Origin: Phoronis australis
Taxonomy: Eukaryota > Animalia > Phoronida
Reading direction: 5' to 3'
DNA: 64,000 bases
NCBI GenBank assembly: GCA_002633005.1
Contig: NMRA01000842.1
Span: 57,072-121,071, forward strand
Below the pieces are notes generated by a model that was not told the origin of the DNA, ran no database searches, and saw nothing but the letters and a program-made list of their open reading frames with translations. Positions 63,296 through 64,000 of this stretch are shown here, one piece after another. The translations under genes were made by a program, and so were the position numbers. Within the stretch, counting starts at the first letter, position 1; each line of letters opens with the position of its first letter.

Positions 63296-64000
63296 AGTAG
63301 GGTTGGCAGTGTTTGGTCTTCAGTTGGTCGTCATTTAAGATGTGATACAGCATGCTTGCAGTAACAGTTGAGAGAAAAGACTCACAGTGGCATGTTCATC
63401 ACATCCACTAGTGGTCGACCAAGTCGATAGTTTTGACTTGTCACTTATTACCCACCCAATCATCTTTCAGATTTTGGATCACCCCGTAGCTAACACCAAT
63501 TTTATCTCTTTTCTGGGTGAAAGCAACAAGGTCTAATGGATTCTCTTACAATGTGATCTCTCAGCAGTTACTTGGTAGTGGCAAATGTTAGACAAAGCAA
63601 TTAATGCAGCATGTCAGCAGTGTCAATGTCTTAAGTGACAGTGTGACCACATAGCTGTATAAAGTGACCTAGTGGAAACTCCATGGTGAAATCTGTGTAG
63701 AGGTAAAAGTCTACCTGGTCGGTCACCACGGTGACATGGTCAAGGACAATGTCAACGTGTTAGAGAACCAATCACTTCTGTAAATTGTGTACCTTAGCTG
63801 CTGCTGGATAGTAGGCACTCACAAAAACAAGTGTAAAACTGACCACCTGTTGGGGAGCACATAATTTCACTTTCGTCTGAGAGTGAAACAATTTTGAGAA
63901 GTGGACTGAAACTAAAGATTGTGGTTTAGTTCAGAAAACGTAATCCCATTTTCTTTGTGATTTGTCTGATCCACTGTCGCAAGCAGACAGAGGTTTAATA

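Overview
AT-rich, intron-rich animal genomic DNA, apparently from an invertebrate; the species cannot be determined from the sequence. There are three host genes. (1) HSD17B7 (3-keto-steroid reductase) on the minus strand: I reconstructed coding exons 1-4 by hand (27508-27465, 22192-21989, 20054-19962, 12236-12116), and the remaining exons appear to lie left of the window. (2) A class A GPCR with a single coding exon (7937-9079, +) and DHF in place of DRY, apparently nested antisense in HSD17B7 intron 4. (3) A pro-survival Bcl-2/Bcl-xL-like gene (+), divergent from HSD17B7, with coding exons 33462-33905 and 61504-61644 separated by a 27.6-kb intron at the conserved GGW|D position, plus a probable small upstream exon. 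Mobile DNA includes a decayed CsRn1-clade Ty3/Gypsy LTR retrotransposon with a 4-bp TSD and RNase H deleted (15317-18851), a Kolobok-like element with a THAP remnant (24149-25544), and three copies of a CACGGG..CCC(G/A)TG long-TIR element with 5-bp TSDs. There are also several MITEs, Penelope-like ORF fragments and many minisatellites. A 507-N assembly gap lies at 56798-57304. I found no CRISPR array, rRNA or convincing tRNA. All calls come from manual reading; no searches were run.
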